A stretch of 64,000 nucleotides of DNA from the human T2T-CHM13v2.0 reference genome, Homo sapiens: NCBI GenBank assembly GCA_009914755.4, contig CP086569.2:832001-896000 (forward strand), read 5' to 3'. Both the position numbers and the translations under genes were made by a program. Shown piece by piece: positions 1-19,660 of the stretch. How positions within the stretch are numbered: the stretch's first letter is position 1; each line of letters begins with the position of its first letter. The notes below the pieces were generated by a model. It did no database searches, was not told the DNA's origin, and saw only the letters and a program-made list of their open reading frames with translations.

Positions 1-1100
1 CTGAGCTCTGGACTTGCTTTCCGCGCTCCCACAAGAGCTGACCACAGGTTTCATCTGTCTTTTTCTCTTTCTTTTTTCATATTTTATTTTTCATTGACCA
101 ATAATAATTGCATGTATTTAATATGCAATCATTGTACCCCATAATATATGACACATAGAATATATAAAATATATAAATTTAAATTATATATAATATAATA
201 CATATATTTATATATCTATTTATATGTAAAATGAAATATATATACTATTGTACCGCATAATATATGTATAATATAATCAATACATATATTTTAAATATAT
301 TTACATATAAATGCATGTTTGTTATATGTATTGATTTATTATATTAAAATAAAATAAATATATATCATTGTGCCCCATTATATATTGATGTATGTTATAT
401 TATATCTATAAATATACATATTTAAAGATATATAATATATTTAACTATATTACATAGCAATCATATATCTTATATATAATATATAACATAATATATATTT
501 ATTAATTATATATTCTATAATTATACATATACTATATACTACATACTATATTATATATTATATAGTAATTATACATGTTATATATTATATTATTATATAT
601 TATGTTTTATTATAATATATTATATAACATAATATATAATAATATATTATTATATATTGTTTTATTATAATATATTATATAACATAATATATAATAATAT
701 ATTATTATATATTATGTTTTATATCATATATTATATAACATTATAAAATATAATAATATATTATTATATAGTATATTTTATTATATTATATAACATTATA
801 AAATATAATATATTATTATATATAAAATATAATATATTACAATATAATTATATATTATATGATAATTATACATGTTATATATTATAATTAATAATAAAAT
901 AATACAGCATGTAATATATCATATATCATATAATATATACTATATAAGTATGTATTTACATATACATATTTATATGTATTTATATGTATTAAATGTATAA
1001 TAAAATAAATATATATTATTATACTCTATTATGTATACACACACACATATATACCCTATTATATACATATACATGTAATGAATTGAAATTAGGATCTATA
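1..1100. repeat. AT-rich low-complexity/(TA)n-related block with a ~56-bp tandem unit x4 at ~590-810
   Basis: Almost pure A/T composition; unit 'tattatatattatgttttattataatatattatataacataatatataataatatat' recurs head-to-tail. Confidence 0.8.
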
Positions 1101-1385
1101 ATGTATATGTTATGGGGTACAATGTGACGTTTTGACATAGGCTTATATACATTTCACATTTCGAAATCTCTAAAAGAGTCAATTTTCAACGTTCTGTCCA
1201 AGCCCATGTTTAATGTGGTTGTTGAAAGTGCCAGCGAACATTTAGGACGTCCCCGGCTGCACACGTCTCCTTACCCTCCATGCCAAGGCACCATCTTCTC
1301 CCAAGCTGGGTTCTTGGCATTTTGCAAAACAATGTGCCATGCCTAGGCCCCCAAATCCCTGGCATCCTATAAATGCATTCAACGA

Positions 1386-1875
<490 letters not shown>

Positions 1876-1896
1876 AGACAGATAGATGATAGATAC

Positions 1897-1943
<47 letters not shown>

Positions 1944-1945
1944 CA
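1876..1945. repeat. (GATA)n microsatellite
   Basis: agatagatagatagat... about 16 units. Confidence 0.95.
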
Positions 1946-1989
1946 TTCCAGGTCCCCTCAGTTGGCACGCCTGACTTCTTAGGTTGGAT

Positions 1990-2060
1990 AATTTCTTAGG
2001 ATAAGAAATCCGAGCCTAATTTCTTAGGATAAGAAATCTGTCTTAGGATAAGAAATATGA
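1990..2060. repeat. 15-bp tandem repeat cttaggataagaaat x3
   Basis: Direct reading of three adjacent copies. Confidence 0.7.
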
Positions 2061-2939
2061 GGACAGACAGAGGAAACCCAAACACATTGCAAGAAGAAAT
2101 GCTTCAGGCCCAGATTCTTGGGTGTCTGGCTGTCTTCCTGAGCCTCCCAAATGCGTCTTTCGTAACCTAAGAGAGCTCTGGAAACAGTGGGGTTTGTATA
2201 TGTGGGGTTTGCCGGTCTCCTAGGGCAGGTGGTAAAAGGAGATTGTCCTAAGCGGTGGTTTATGGGGCTCCGGGGGTGTGTGAACGGCCTCAGAGCACCG
2301 TTTAGACAAGCGCAAACATAAAAGTGAGAGGCTGCTGGAAACGTTTAAAGAAGAGGGAAGAGGCGGCCGGGGGAGTCGGGGGCCTGATCCAGCACCTTGG
2401 CCCTGTCGATTTTCACGTCCCGACCACACTGGGTGTGGATGGAAATAGCTGGGTGGGTTTGTGTGAATTAAAACATTTATAGAGCCCTATGCTCCTGTTA
2501 CCTCTTAGGCGACTTATTAAAGTACAGTTAGTGTAAACACGGGGGTCGTAAACCTGCAGGGCTCAAGCACCAATTAAAATAATAAAAAACAAGAGGCCAC
2601 CGCACACTGAGGGGTCTTTGGCACGGGCTGCAAGGGGGAGGAGGAGGGAGGCCAAGCCAGGCTCCCTGGGAGGGGAGCCCGGAGGATTCCAGCTCCACCA
2701 AGAAACACAGAGGTCAGAGTGAAAGAAACAGTGCAATAGGGATTCTGGAAAGAAAAAGGCACCTTGACAGCAGAGATTTCAAACCAGGAGATGCATCCCC
2801 AGATATGGGACAGTTGAAGATTAAACAGCTGTTGGGGGGTTAATTCTGGGTTCCATAAAGACGTAGAGATTTCATGCTGTAGACCCAGGTACAATGGGGA
2901 CGTCACCAAACTGCTCAGCAGCTGGTTTTGGGATGCAAG

Positions 2940-3905
2940 AAGGGCTATGCCTTCCCCCTGGGGCTGGGATGGAGGAAGAGTCGTGTCTACACCTGAACTC
3001 TCTGGGATTGAGATGGAGGAGGTGGTGTCCACACCCTCACCCACTGGGGCTGCCATGGAGGAGGAGGAGGGAGGTGTCCACACTCTCCACCCTGGGGTTG
3101 GGATGATGGAGGAGGAAGAGGAGGGGTGGTGTCCACACCCTCAACCACTGGGGCTGCCATGGAGGAGGAGGAGGGGCGGTGTCCATGGAGGAGGAGGAGG
3201 GGCGGTGTCCACACTCTCTCTCCTGGGGCTGGGATGATGGAGGAGGAGGAGGGGCCGTGTCCACACTCTCCTCCCTGAGGCTGGGATGATGGAGGAAGAG
3301 GGGTGGTGTCCACACCCTCACCCCTGGGGCTGGGATGGAGGAGGAGGAGGAGGGGCCGTGCCACATTCTCAGCCCTGGGGCTGGGATGGAGGAGGAGGGG
3401 TGGTGTCCACACTCTCTCTCTTGGGGCTGGGATGATGGAGGAGGAGGAGGGGCCGTGTCCACACTCTCCCCCCTGGGGCTGGGATGATGGAGGAAGAGGA
3501 CTGGTGTCCACACCCTCACCCCTGGGGCTAGGATGGAGGAGGACGAGGAGGAGGGGCCGTGCCACATTCTCAGCCCTGGGGCTGGGATGATGGAGGAGGA
3601 GGAGGGGCTGTGTCCACACTCTCCCCCCTGGGGCTGGGATGATGGAGGAGGAGGAGGGGCTGTGTCCACACTCTCCCCCCTGTGGCTGGGATGATGGAGG
3701 AAGAGGACTGGTGTCCACACCCTCACCCCTGGGGCTAGGATGGAGGAGGAGGAGGAGGGACCGTGTCCACACTCTCCCCACTGGGGCTGGGATGGAGGAG
3801 GAAGAGGGGTGGTGTCCACACTCTGCCCTCTGGGGCTGGGATGGAGGAGGAGGAGGAGGGGCTGTGTCCACATTCTCAGCCCTGGGGCTGGGATGGAGGA
3901 GGAAT
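2940..3905. repeat. G-rich minisatellite, ~50-57-bp unit, ~18 copies
   Basis: Unit ctggggctgggatg(atg)gaggaggaggaggggc(c/t)gtgtccacactctc(cc) repeated; GGAGGAGG tracts on the + strand. Confidence 0.9.
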
Positions 3906-4534
3906 TGGCTCTCTCATGATGCCCTCATTCCTCCCTGTCCTCCTGAAAGCGCCTTTGCAAAAATTATAACTGAAGAAATTACGACAGCGAAAGAGACCTA
4001 ACCACCCACCTCCCCCCGCCCCATCTTCTTTCTAACCTCGAAACTGTCTTTATTCATTCCTGGGCATAGTAGCCTCAGAAGGAATTTAGTTTATAGTTTA
4101 AACTCTGAAACAAAACTGACAATAGCCCTTTTCCGGGAGGGCAGGGACGGCAGGAACCTTCTTGCTTGGGGACCAGCCTGCCTTGGCAGGACTAATAAAT
4201 TAGCTACAAGATTAGGAATTACGCCTGAAGGACCATGCAGCCTCTGGTTCCAAGAGTCTGAACCTCCCACATATAGCTCCTGGGGATAACATCATTGTTG
4301 CAGAACCCAAGATCGGTGTTTGAGATATTTTGCAGATCCCGGATTCCAATGCAGCCGATGACACCACACAGACCGGTAACGTGGCTCAACCAGATATCAG
4401 CCATCCCACACAGGAACAGAAGACAGCACGGACTCACTTCAAACCCCTGTGATTTCACCCTCAACCTGACCAACCAGCACTCTCTGCTTCCTGAGCCCCC
4501 ACCCACCAAATCATCCTTAAAAACTCCAATCGCT

Positions 4535-4586
4535 GGCCAGGTGCAGTGACTCACGCCTGTCATCCCAGCACTTTGGGAGGCCGAGG
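4535..4586 (+). mobile_element. Alu 5' fragment (~50 bp)
   Basis: ggccaggtgcagtgactcacgcctgtcatcccagcactttgggaggccgagg. Confidence 0.8.
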
Positions 4587-5029
4587 GGTTTTCTGTTGTC
4601 ATCCTTTTTGAGCAAAATCCTGGGAACTTCATACATTGTTTGTTCCAGTATCTTCTCAGTTAATGGAGCTCCTTTGAAATGCTGACGGTCTGCTTACACA
4701 GGTTAACTCCTTGAGGAAGGGGGTTGGGTAAGGAGCACTTAGTGTCTTGTAAATCAAGGGGCCAAATGGAGTGCGTCCGGCTTTCCCAGCTGAGAGAGAG
4801 TCTATTCTCATGGGAAACAAGGCTAGGTCATTAAAGAGACAAAAAGGGAACGTCTAAAAGTAGGGTTAGTAAAAAAAACAAGGTTAGGCATTACACGTTG
4901 CTGATTGATTGACGCATGTCGTCCTCGGAGGAGCCTCCGATGAAGTCTCCTGGGTTTGAGTTGCAGCCTGGGATGGCCCTGCTGGACCTCAAGTGACCTC
5001 ACCAACGAAATCTGGTTGAGTGTGTCTGA

Positions 5030-5443
<414 letters not shown>

Positions 5444-5982
5444 TAAAACCAATTTTCCACTGCCCACTTCCTGGGATGCTCTTTGAGAAGAACTTACTTC
5501 TTTCTCAAATTAATGAGCGTTTTGCCCCGATATTCACCCATGCGTTTCTGATACGTTTGCAATTAACCTGGAGGGACTTGTGTGAGCTTATTTATTTTTC
5601 CCTAATACGTAGACATGGGTTTTAACAGATTTGAGGATCCTACGGAATTCCAGCGCTCGGGGCCAGATCCTGAAGCCTCCAGATGTCGGGTGTCGTAACC
5701 ACACAGCCCGCCTTGTTATTTCACTGCAGGTGGAGTTTTCCTCGTTTACCCTCTGTGGACAGCATTCTCTTCCCCTTGTCCTGATAGGAGGCAGCCAGAT
5801 GCCTAGGCAGGAAGGGGCAGGTGCCTGGTGAAACCCCACCTTCGAGTCAAAAACAGGCTGAGAACTGAAAGACCAGCCTGCTGGTCCAGAATGAAACTCG
5901 CCACCCAGAGTGACAACATCTGTTCCTATTTGCCTGCCCTTTCCCAATTGATTCTTTCTGAATAATTTTTTAATTAAATTAA

Positions 5983-6290
<308 letters not shown>

Positions 6291-6659
6291 CTGAATAATG
6301 CTTTTTAATCAATCTGACCACCGGCCTCAGCCTCCCAAAGTGTTGGAATGACAGGCGTCAGCCACCACACCCGGCCTGAATAATGCTTTTTAACCAATCT
6401 GACCTCAGGCAATCCACCCGCCTCAGCCTGCCAAAGTATTGGAATGACAGGCGTCAGTCAGCCACCACACCCAGCCTGAATAATGCCTTTTAATCAATCA
6501 AATGTTCCCGTTTCCAATACTACCTATGGCCCGCCCCTCCCCACTTCCCTTCTCTGAGGAAAGCTGTCTCATCACGTAATAAAACTCCCTGGTTTGCTCA
6601 CTCTTCAGTTCTCAGCATGTCCTCATTCTTCTTGGACGCTGGACAACAACTCGGGAACC

Positions 6660-6845
6660 AAGATTTCACCGTTGCAATACAACCTGGGCGACAAGAGCGA
6701 CCAAGGCAGGCGGATCACGAGGTCAGGAGATCGAGACCGTCCTGGTTAACACAGTGAAATCTCAGCTCACTGTGACCTCTGCCTTCTGGGTTCAAGCAAT
6801 TGTCCTGCCTCAGCCTCCCAAGTAGCTGGGATTACAGGTGTGCCT
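6660..6845. mobile_element. Mosaic of Alu-derived fragments in both orientations
   Basis: cctgggcgacaagagcga / cggatcacgaggtcaggagatcgagacc on +, then ctcagctcactg...cctcagcctcccaagtagctgggattacagg on -. Confidence 0.7.
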
Positions 6846-7187
6846 AAGCCTAGCTCTGGTGGAGCATCACCAGCTGGAGGTCCCCGGCTTGCAAAGTGAC
6901 CAAGAACTAAATCCTCCATCATTTCTACCCTCCAAACCCCAGAAAAAGAGACTGCAACCACTCAACTGCACAGCCAATAGCTGTGAACAAGAAGTTCAGG
7001 AACCATGGCCAAAACATTCAGGAACCTTGGCCAAAAGTTCACAGAAGTGGAGTTTAACTAAGAAGTTGATTCTGGCAATGCTTTTCCCATTAACTGGTGC
7101 ATGAAATGAATTTCTTGTTTCAATAGAAACACTGCATTTTTCATTAGAGAAAATAAGCCAGAGACAGAGGCGTATGCCTATAAACCC

Positions 7188-7280
7188 AACATTTTGAGAG
7201 GCTGAAGTGGGAGGATTTCTTGAATCCAGGAGTTCGAGACCAGCCTTGGCAACATAGGAAGACTCTGTATTTACAAAGAA
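7188..7280 (+). mobile_element. Alu monomer-like fragment
   Basis: ggaggatttcttgaatccaggagttcgagaccagccttggcaacatag. Confidence 0.7.
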
Positions 7281-7291
7281 TACAAAAACTA

Positions 7292-7697
<406 letters not shown>

Positions 7698-7787
7698 CTA
7701 TACTCTGTAAGCCAGGCTGCCTACTCTAACTATGGTGGAATTTTAGGTCTCCTCATGCTTTCTCTCAGCTGACCTTCCACCTTCCAC

Positions 7788-7955
7788 CTCAGCCTCCCAA
7801 GCACCTGGGACTATAGGTGTGCACTGCTACACCCAGCTAATTTTTGTCATTTTTGTAGAACCGTAGATTTGCAATGTTGCCCAGGCTGGTCTTGAAGTCC
7901 TGAGCTCAAGCCATCCTCCCACCTGAGCCTCCCAAGTAGCCAAGACCACAGGTGT
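7788..7955 (-). mobile_element. Alu right-arm fragment
   Basis: cctcagcctcccaagcacctgggactataggtgtgc...ttgcccaggctggtcttgaagtcctgagctcaagc. Confidence 0.75.
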
Positions 7956-7957
7956 GA

Positions 7958-8584
<627 letters not shown>

Positions 8585-8924
8585 AGGAAATCTAATTCTA
8601 AGACAGGGCTGTGATTGGAGACTGGTCTAGCGACTGCATGGGGCTTAGGTCTCGAGTGAGTGGCTTGTATTGTGTCAACATTCTCCTCCCACAGAAAGGG
8701 GATGTGGATGCTTTGAAAGGGTACGTTTGAGTTTTTGCTCTTGAGAAAGTGTTCTATTCTCTATCCTCTGCAAATCTACCTAGGGAAGACACACCACTAC
8801 CTCTAGCAGTAGAGACCAAAGACCTTCATGTATACAGCAAGTCCCATACCCACCGCTGCCTTAGGAAGGCAGAAGCTCCCCCAACAAGGAGACTTCTCGT
8901 ACAAGGAAAGATGGACCTGTTACC

Positions 8925-9195
8925 GGACAGTGGTCTCGATCCGGATCCCAAGAGAGGGTTCCTGGATCCGGTGCGAGAAAGAATTCAGGGCGGGTCCACA
9001 GTGCAAAGCAAAAGTAAGTTAATCACAAAAGTAAAGTGGCAAAAATACAGCTACCCCATAGCAAACAGGTTTGCTGAAAAGGTAGCCAAAGATAGTGAGG
9101 GAACTGATGAATTCACTGTGGCTAAATCCAGCTAAGGAGGACTCAGCTTCTACATCTAGGTATCAACAACCATCTGATTGATCCGACAGGCCCAG
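8925..9195 (+). mobile_element. Unclassified interspersed repeat (copy a of a family seen three times in the window)
   Basis: ccaagagagggttcctggatcc...gaattcactgtggctaaatcc...; ~85% identical to 11950-12115 and partly to 20630-20745. Confidence 0.5.
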
Positions 9196-9223
9196 TTTCC
9201 ACAGCATTTAAGATTATTAAGAA

Positions 9224-9515
9224 GGCCGGGCGTGGTGGCTCATGCCTGTCATCCCAGCACTTTGGGAGGCTGAGGCGGGCGGATCACGAGGTCAGGAGAT
9301 CGAGACCATCCTGGCTAACACGGTGAAACCCCGTCTCTACTAAAAATACAAAAAATTAGCTGGGCATGGTGGTACACGCCTGTAGTCCCAGCTACTTGAG
9401 AAGCTGAGGTGGGAGGATCACTAGAACCCAGGAGTTCAAGGCTGCTGTGAGCCATGATTGTGCCAATGCACTCCAGCCTGGGCAACAGAGTGAGACCCTA
9501 CCTCAAAATAAGTAC
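9224..9515 (+). mobile_element. Alu SINE
   Basis: ggccgggcgtggtggctcatgcctgtcatcccagcactttgggaggctgaggcggg. Confidence 0.9.
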
Positions 9516-9637
9516 ATAAATAAGAGAATAAGAAAACAATTACATTAACAATAACACCAAAAAGAATAAAACACTTAGAAATTAATCGTGAAAGTAGATT
9601 TGTACACCAAAAACTAAAACATTAAAAAACAAAAACA

Positions 9638-10131
<494 letters not shown>

Positions 10132-10582
10132 TCATTATCTGGCGTTTCTTGGAGAGGGGGATGTGGCAGGATAATAGGATAATAGTGGAGAGAAGGTCAG
10201 CAGGAAAACTTGTGAACAAATATCTCTGCATCATAAACAAGGTAAAGAAAAAAGTGCTGTGCTTTTGATGCACATATACATAAACATCTCAGTGCCTTAA
10301 AGAGCAGTATTGTTGCCAGCATGTCCCACCTCCAGCCCTAAGGCGGTTTTCCCCTATCTCAGTAGATGGAATGTACAATCGGGCTTTACACCGAGACATT
10401 CTATTGCCCAGGGATGAGCAGGAGACAGATGCCTTCCTCTTACCTCAACTGCAAAGAGGACTTCCTCTTTTACTAATCCTCCTCAGCACAGACAGAATAA
10501 GGGGTTCCCAAAAGTAAGAGGAGGAACGCGTCCTCCCTAGGTACAATATTCATTTATATATATGATTTAAAAAAAGATCATG

Positions 10583-10898
<316 letters not shown>

Positions 10899-10979
10899 TC
10901 ATGGGGAGATGTGCTCGTCTATAAGGATTTGTGATAAAGGATTAGTTTTCTTAATTACTATATATATATGTATATATAA

Positions 10980-11268
<289 letters not shown>

Positions 11269-11743
11269 CTGCACCTCCCTTTTAATTCATATAAGGGTGG
11301 GCTTGCAATATACTTCCAGGCCAAAGTTTGAGCTCAAAACTTGCATTTTCAGACATTACTTTGAAGCGTTTGAATAACAACAAATGCTTGGCAGCTGCAA
11401 TACCATTATTTACTCTACCTTTATTTCATTATTAATGTGCTGTTCTCAGTATATTAACATGAAGCGTTGGCTGCGGTCAGAGATGGAGATTTTATTATTT
11501 ATATGTAACAAATGTATTCATTAATAATTGAATTACACAGACAGCACACAAATAAATATAGCAAATTATTAATTTATAACACACTGGGGGGGGATTTATA
11601 AAATTCCAGTAAATACAGTCTTTAATCAACTATAGACTTTTTTAAAAAAACACTTTATATTAGGATTCACATCTTGTTTATCTTCCTTTGTTGTATATTT
11701 CTATATTTGCGTATTAGCAGATATAAGCTACATTTAAAGATAG

Positions 11744-11902
<159 letters not shown>

Positions 11903-11949
11903 TAAAATAATACAGATAATATAATATAGTATAATACAATATGTAGGAG

Positions 11950-12115
11950 ATATAGCTCAGAAAACAGGTTTACTGAAATGGTAGACAAAGATAGTGAGTA
12001 AATTAATGAATTCACTGTGGCTAAATCCACTAAGTAGGACTCAGCTTGTATATCTAGGTATCATCAACCATTTGATTGATTTGAAATGCCCAGTTTCCAA
12101 GTCTAACCATTGTTG
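11950..12115 (+). mobile_element. Unclassified interspersed repeat (copy b; same family as 9045-9195)
   Basis: aaacaggtttactgaaatggtagacaaagatagtgag...gaattcactgtggctaaatcc...cccagtttcc. Confidence 0.5.
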
Positions 12116-12429
12116 AGGATGTATAAATTATACTGAACTTGAAGTTGACAGAGTGCAAATTATTTTGCATGCATTTTACAGCAAGGACCGAGCCTCAATT
12201 TTTTTTTTTTTTTTGGCATCGTGAGAATTGAAATAAAGACATTTATATAGGAGTTAAGAAGAAATCACTTAGGCAGATGGTAAGGCTATGGAAGTCCTTA
12301 GTAAGGCTTTTCTCTTTAATGAAAACCAGCCCCAAATCATTTTCTAACAAAGAGCAGTCTGTAAAATTGAGCTGCATCGAGCTGCAGACATAGACAAGCC
12401 AGCTGGGAGCTTGCACGGGTGAATGCCGG

Positions 12430-12680
12430 CAAAACGTAGGGACTAGACACGTTCAAGATGGCGGCTCCATCTTCCCGGCAGGAACTACGGACTAGACACC
12501 TTCAAGATGGCGGCTCCATCTTCCCGGCAGGAACTACGGACTAGACACCTTCAAGATGGCGGCTCCATCTTCCCGGCAGGAACTACGGACTAGACACCTT
12601 CAAGATGGCGGCTCCATCTTCCCGGCAGGAACTAGAGACTAGACACGTTCAAGATGGCGGCTCCATCTTCCCTCCTCTTT
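12430..12680. promoter_or_regulatory. 49-bp tandem repeat (~5.5 copies), each unit carrying a YY1 consensus AAGATGGCGGC
   Basis: Unit ggactagacac(g/c)ttcaagatggcggctccatcttcccggcaggaactacg repeated head-to-tail. Confidence 0.8.
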
Positions 12681-12804
12681 GTCAACAGCATGTACAGTAA
12701 GAAAAGCAGACAAGATGGCGCCGATCAACTGGAAATCCCATTTGCTTAAGATTAGGGTGGGGCGACCAGCCTTCCCCACGCACTCTATGGATGTCATGCC
12801 GGAT

Positions 12805-12885
12805 GGAACCAATCTTTGAGCCCTACGTAAATGAAACACCGCCTTCACCAGCCTGCCTATAAAGTCTGCAGAGGTCAGGTGCCTC
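12805..12885 (+). promoter_or_regulatory. CCAAT box (ggaaccaatc) and TATA-like box (cctataaag) ~50 bp apart; LTR-U3-like core promoter architecture
   Basis: Motifs read directly; a function is inferred only. Confidence 0.35.
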
Positions 12886-12889
12886 CCAC

Positions 12890-12992
12890 CTTTTTGGCTC
12901 TCTTTCTCTCTCTCTCTCTCTCCTTCCCTCCCTCCCCTTCCCTCCCCTTCCCTCCCTCTCCCTCACTCTCCCCCACTCCCTCTCCCCCTCCC

Positions 12993-13045
<53 letters not shown>

Positions 13046-13192
13046 AGGAGCTGCTCTCCTCCTTTCTTCTGTTGAGACGTGTGTGTGTCTGTCTTTCTGT
13101 CTCTTTCTCTCTCTCTCTCTCGCAAGGAGCTGCTCTCCTCCTTTCTTCTGTTGAGACATCTGTGTGTCTGTCTTTCTGTCTCTGTCCCTCTG

Positions 13193-13247
<55 letters not shown>

Positions 13248-13584
13248 AGGAGCTGCTCTCCTCCTTTCTTCTGTTAGGACCTGCGTGTGTGTCTGTGTTT
13301 CTGTCTGTCTCTGTCCCTCTGTCTCTCTCTCTCTCTGTCTCTGTGTCTCTCAGTCTGTCTCTCTCTCCCTCTCTCTCTGTCCATCTCTCTCTCTCTGTCT
13401 CTCTCTCTGTCCCTCTGTCTCTGTCTCTCTGTCTCTCACAACGAGCTGCTCTCCTCTCTCCTTTCTTCTGTTTGGACGAGTGTGTGTGCCTGTGTCTGTC
13501 TGTCTGTCTGTCTGTCTCACTGTCTCTCTCTGTCCCTCTGTCTCTCTCTATATCTGTCTGTCTGTCTCTTCCTCTCTGTCTGTC

Positions 13585-13616
<32 letters not shown>

Positions 13617-13998
13617 AAGGAGCTGCTCTCCTCTCTTTTTTTCTCTTCAGACTTGTCTGTGTGTGTGTGTCTGTCTGTCTGTCTCTCTGTCTCTCTCTGT
13701 CCCTCTGTCTCTCTCTGTCCCTCTGTCTCTGTCTCTTTCTCTATCGCAAGGAGCTGCTCTCCTCTCTTCTGTTTGGACCTCTCTGCTTGTGTGTGTCTGT
13801 GTGTGTGTGTGTGTCTGCCTCTCTCTCTCTCTCTCTCTCTCGCAAGGAGCTGCTGTCCTCTCTCCTTTCTTCTGTTCAGACCTCTGTGTGTGTGTGTCTC
13901 TCTCTCTCTCTGTCTCTGTGTGTGTCTGTTTCTCTCTGTGTGTGTCTCTTTGTATCTGTGTGTTTGTGTGTGTCTGTCTCTCTGTCTCTGTCTGTCTG

Positions 13999-14032
<34 letters not shown>

Positions 14033-14200
14033 GCAAGGAGCTGCTCTCTTCTCTTTTCTCCTGTTTGGACTTGTGTGTGTGTGTCTGTCTCTCTCTGTCT
14101 GACTGCCTCTCTTTGTCTCTGTCTCTCTATCTCTCTGTCTGTCTCACAAGGAGCTGCTCTCCTCTCTCCTTTCTTCCCTGTCCTCAATTATTTCTCAGAG
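12890..14200. repeat. Complex CT-rich VNTR: (CT)n/(TG)n/(TCTG)n blocks punctuated about 9 times by the conserved core cgcaaggagctgctctcctc
   Basis: Core at ~13043, 13120, 13245, 13440, 13617, 13747, 13841, 14030, 14148; opens with (CCCTCT)-like hexamers at 12890-12990. Confidence 0.85.
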
Positions 14201-14416
14201 TGAGACAAGGAACTCCAGGGTATACACCCCGCACGACGTAGCTGTTTCCAACACCAGGGGTCTTAGCTAGAAAAAGTGAGTGTATGTAATCGTCAGCATT
14301 TGCTACTGATGACAGAATAGAACAAATTCTGCCAAGAGATTTAAAGAGGTTTATTCTGAACCAATATGAGTGCTGAGCGCCTGTGCTCCAGGATTACATG
14401 GTCTCAAGAGATCTGA

Positions 14417-14811
<395 letters not shown>

Positions 14812-14963
14812 TAAAATCATAAATCATTACATGGAAGGTATACCTTGTTTCGGCCTTAAAGATGAAACATCTCAAAGTGGGTTCCTACGAGTCACAGGTA
14901 GGCTTTAGGGATTCTTTAGTTGGCAATTGGTTGTATAAAACATAAAAATGTAAGGCCGGGCAT

Positions 14964-16200
<1,237 letters not shown>

Positions 16201-16204
16201 TACA

Positions 16205-16314
16205 CAGAGTCTTGCTATGTTGCCCAGGCTGGTCTCGAACTTCTGGGGTAAGTGATGCTCCCACCTCAACCTCTCAAAGTGGTGGGATTACAGGCGTGAG
16301 CCACCGCGCCCGGC
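16205..16314 (-). mobile_element. Alu right-monomer fragment
   Basis: agagtcttgctatgttgcccaggctggtctcgaacttctgggg...gtgagccaccgcgcccggcc. Confidence 0.8.
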
Positions 16315-17099
16315 CTCCATGAGTCTGATTTTAACCCATGTCTTTTGTATTTCTCAGTCCTTGTCCACACATCTCATCACACACGTGCGCAGCAAACAGG
16401 CACACGCAGTGTGAACCCAGGCACAGCTCTCCGAGAGAACTCTAGTCAACACGTCGTCCGTGGGACATCGGCTGTATTTCTGTTCCTTTCCTTCTTTTCT
16501 GTCTCTTTCTCTTATTTCCCAAAACTCCGTTGTGTTTCTGATTTGTTCACATCGTTTTCGGCAAAAGGAAAACACAATGGTAAGTGGGGTTTATAAATCT
16601 ATCTTCGTTATCAAGGGAAGATTGAAACGGCATGGAGACAAATGAAATTAACTGTGCACGGGACACACCGTCAACAAAACGCTAATAAGTGCAGAAAGAC
16701 TGTTTAGCAGGAAACATGTCCAAAAAAAAAAAAGAAAAGAAAGGATCTTAATCATGGTTTAAGCTTATCTGATGGATTTCAACAGAGACACATCAAGTCT
16801 AATTGAATGTTTACGTGCACTTTTTATGGTTTCTGTATTCTGTGTAATGAAATAACATTACAAAAAAGCGTTGAGACGCAAGAAACTCTGGGATTCTTCT
16901 AAAGGGAGAGTTGGAGTTACTACATTCAACATGGACGGCTTCTCTTCTGTATTTCAACAGCGTTATCGTCTGCAAATTTGGAGATTCTCTGAAAGCTTCA
17001 CGGCCATCCTGGGTCTCAAACTCTTTGAATATTCATACTGTAAACTATCTGACAACATGGGATTGGGTTTTGGCATTCTCTAGGTCTACTGAGAGAGGT

Positions 17100-19660
<2,561 letters not shown>

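Noticed and set aside
2987-3873. 294-aa and 278-aa minus-strand Pro/Ser-rich ORFs
   Set aside because: They are translations of the 53-bp G-rich minisatellite. The periodicity equals the DNA repeat and there are no exon features.
12430-12680. The YY1 tandem repeat as a CRISPR-like array (regular direct repeats)
   Set aside because: Units are contiguous with no unique spacers. The sequence is eukaryotic with no cas context. It is a minisatellite.
13072-14241. 389-aa and 374-aa + strand ORFs (MRRVCVCLSVSFSLSLSQGAALLLSSV… / MCVSVFLSLSLSLSRKELLSS…)
   Set aside because: They are translations of the (CT)n/(TG)n complex VNTR. The composition is almost entirely L/S/C/V, periodic with the DNA repeat, with no start or stop context and no homology. 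Not a gene.
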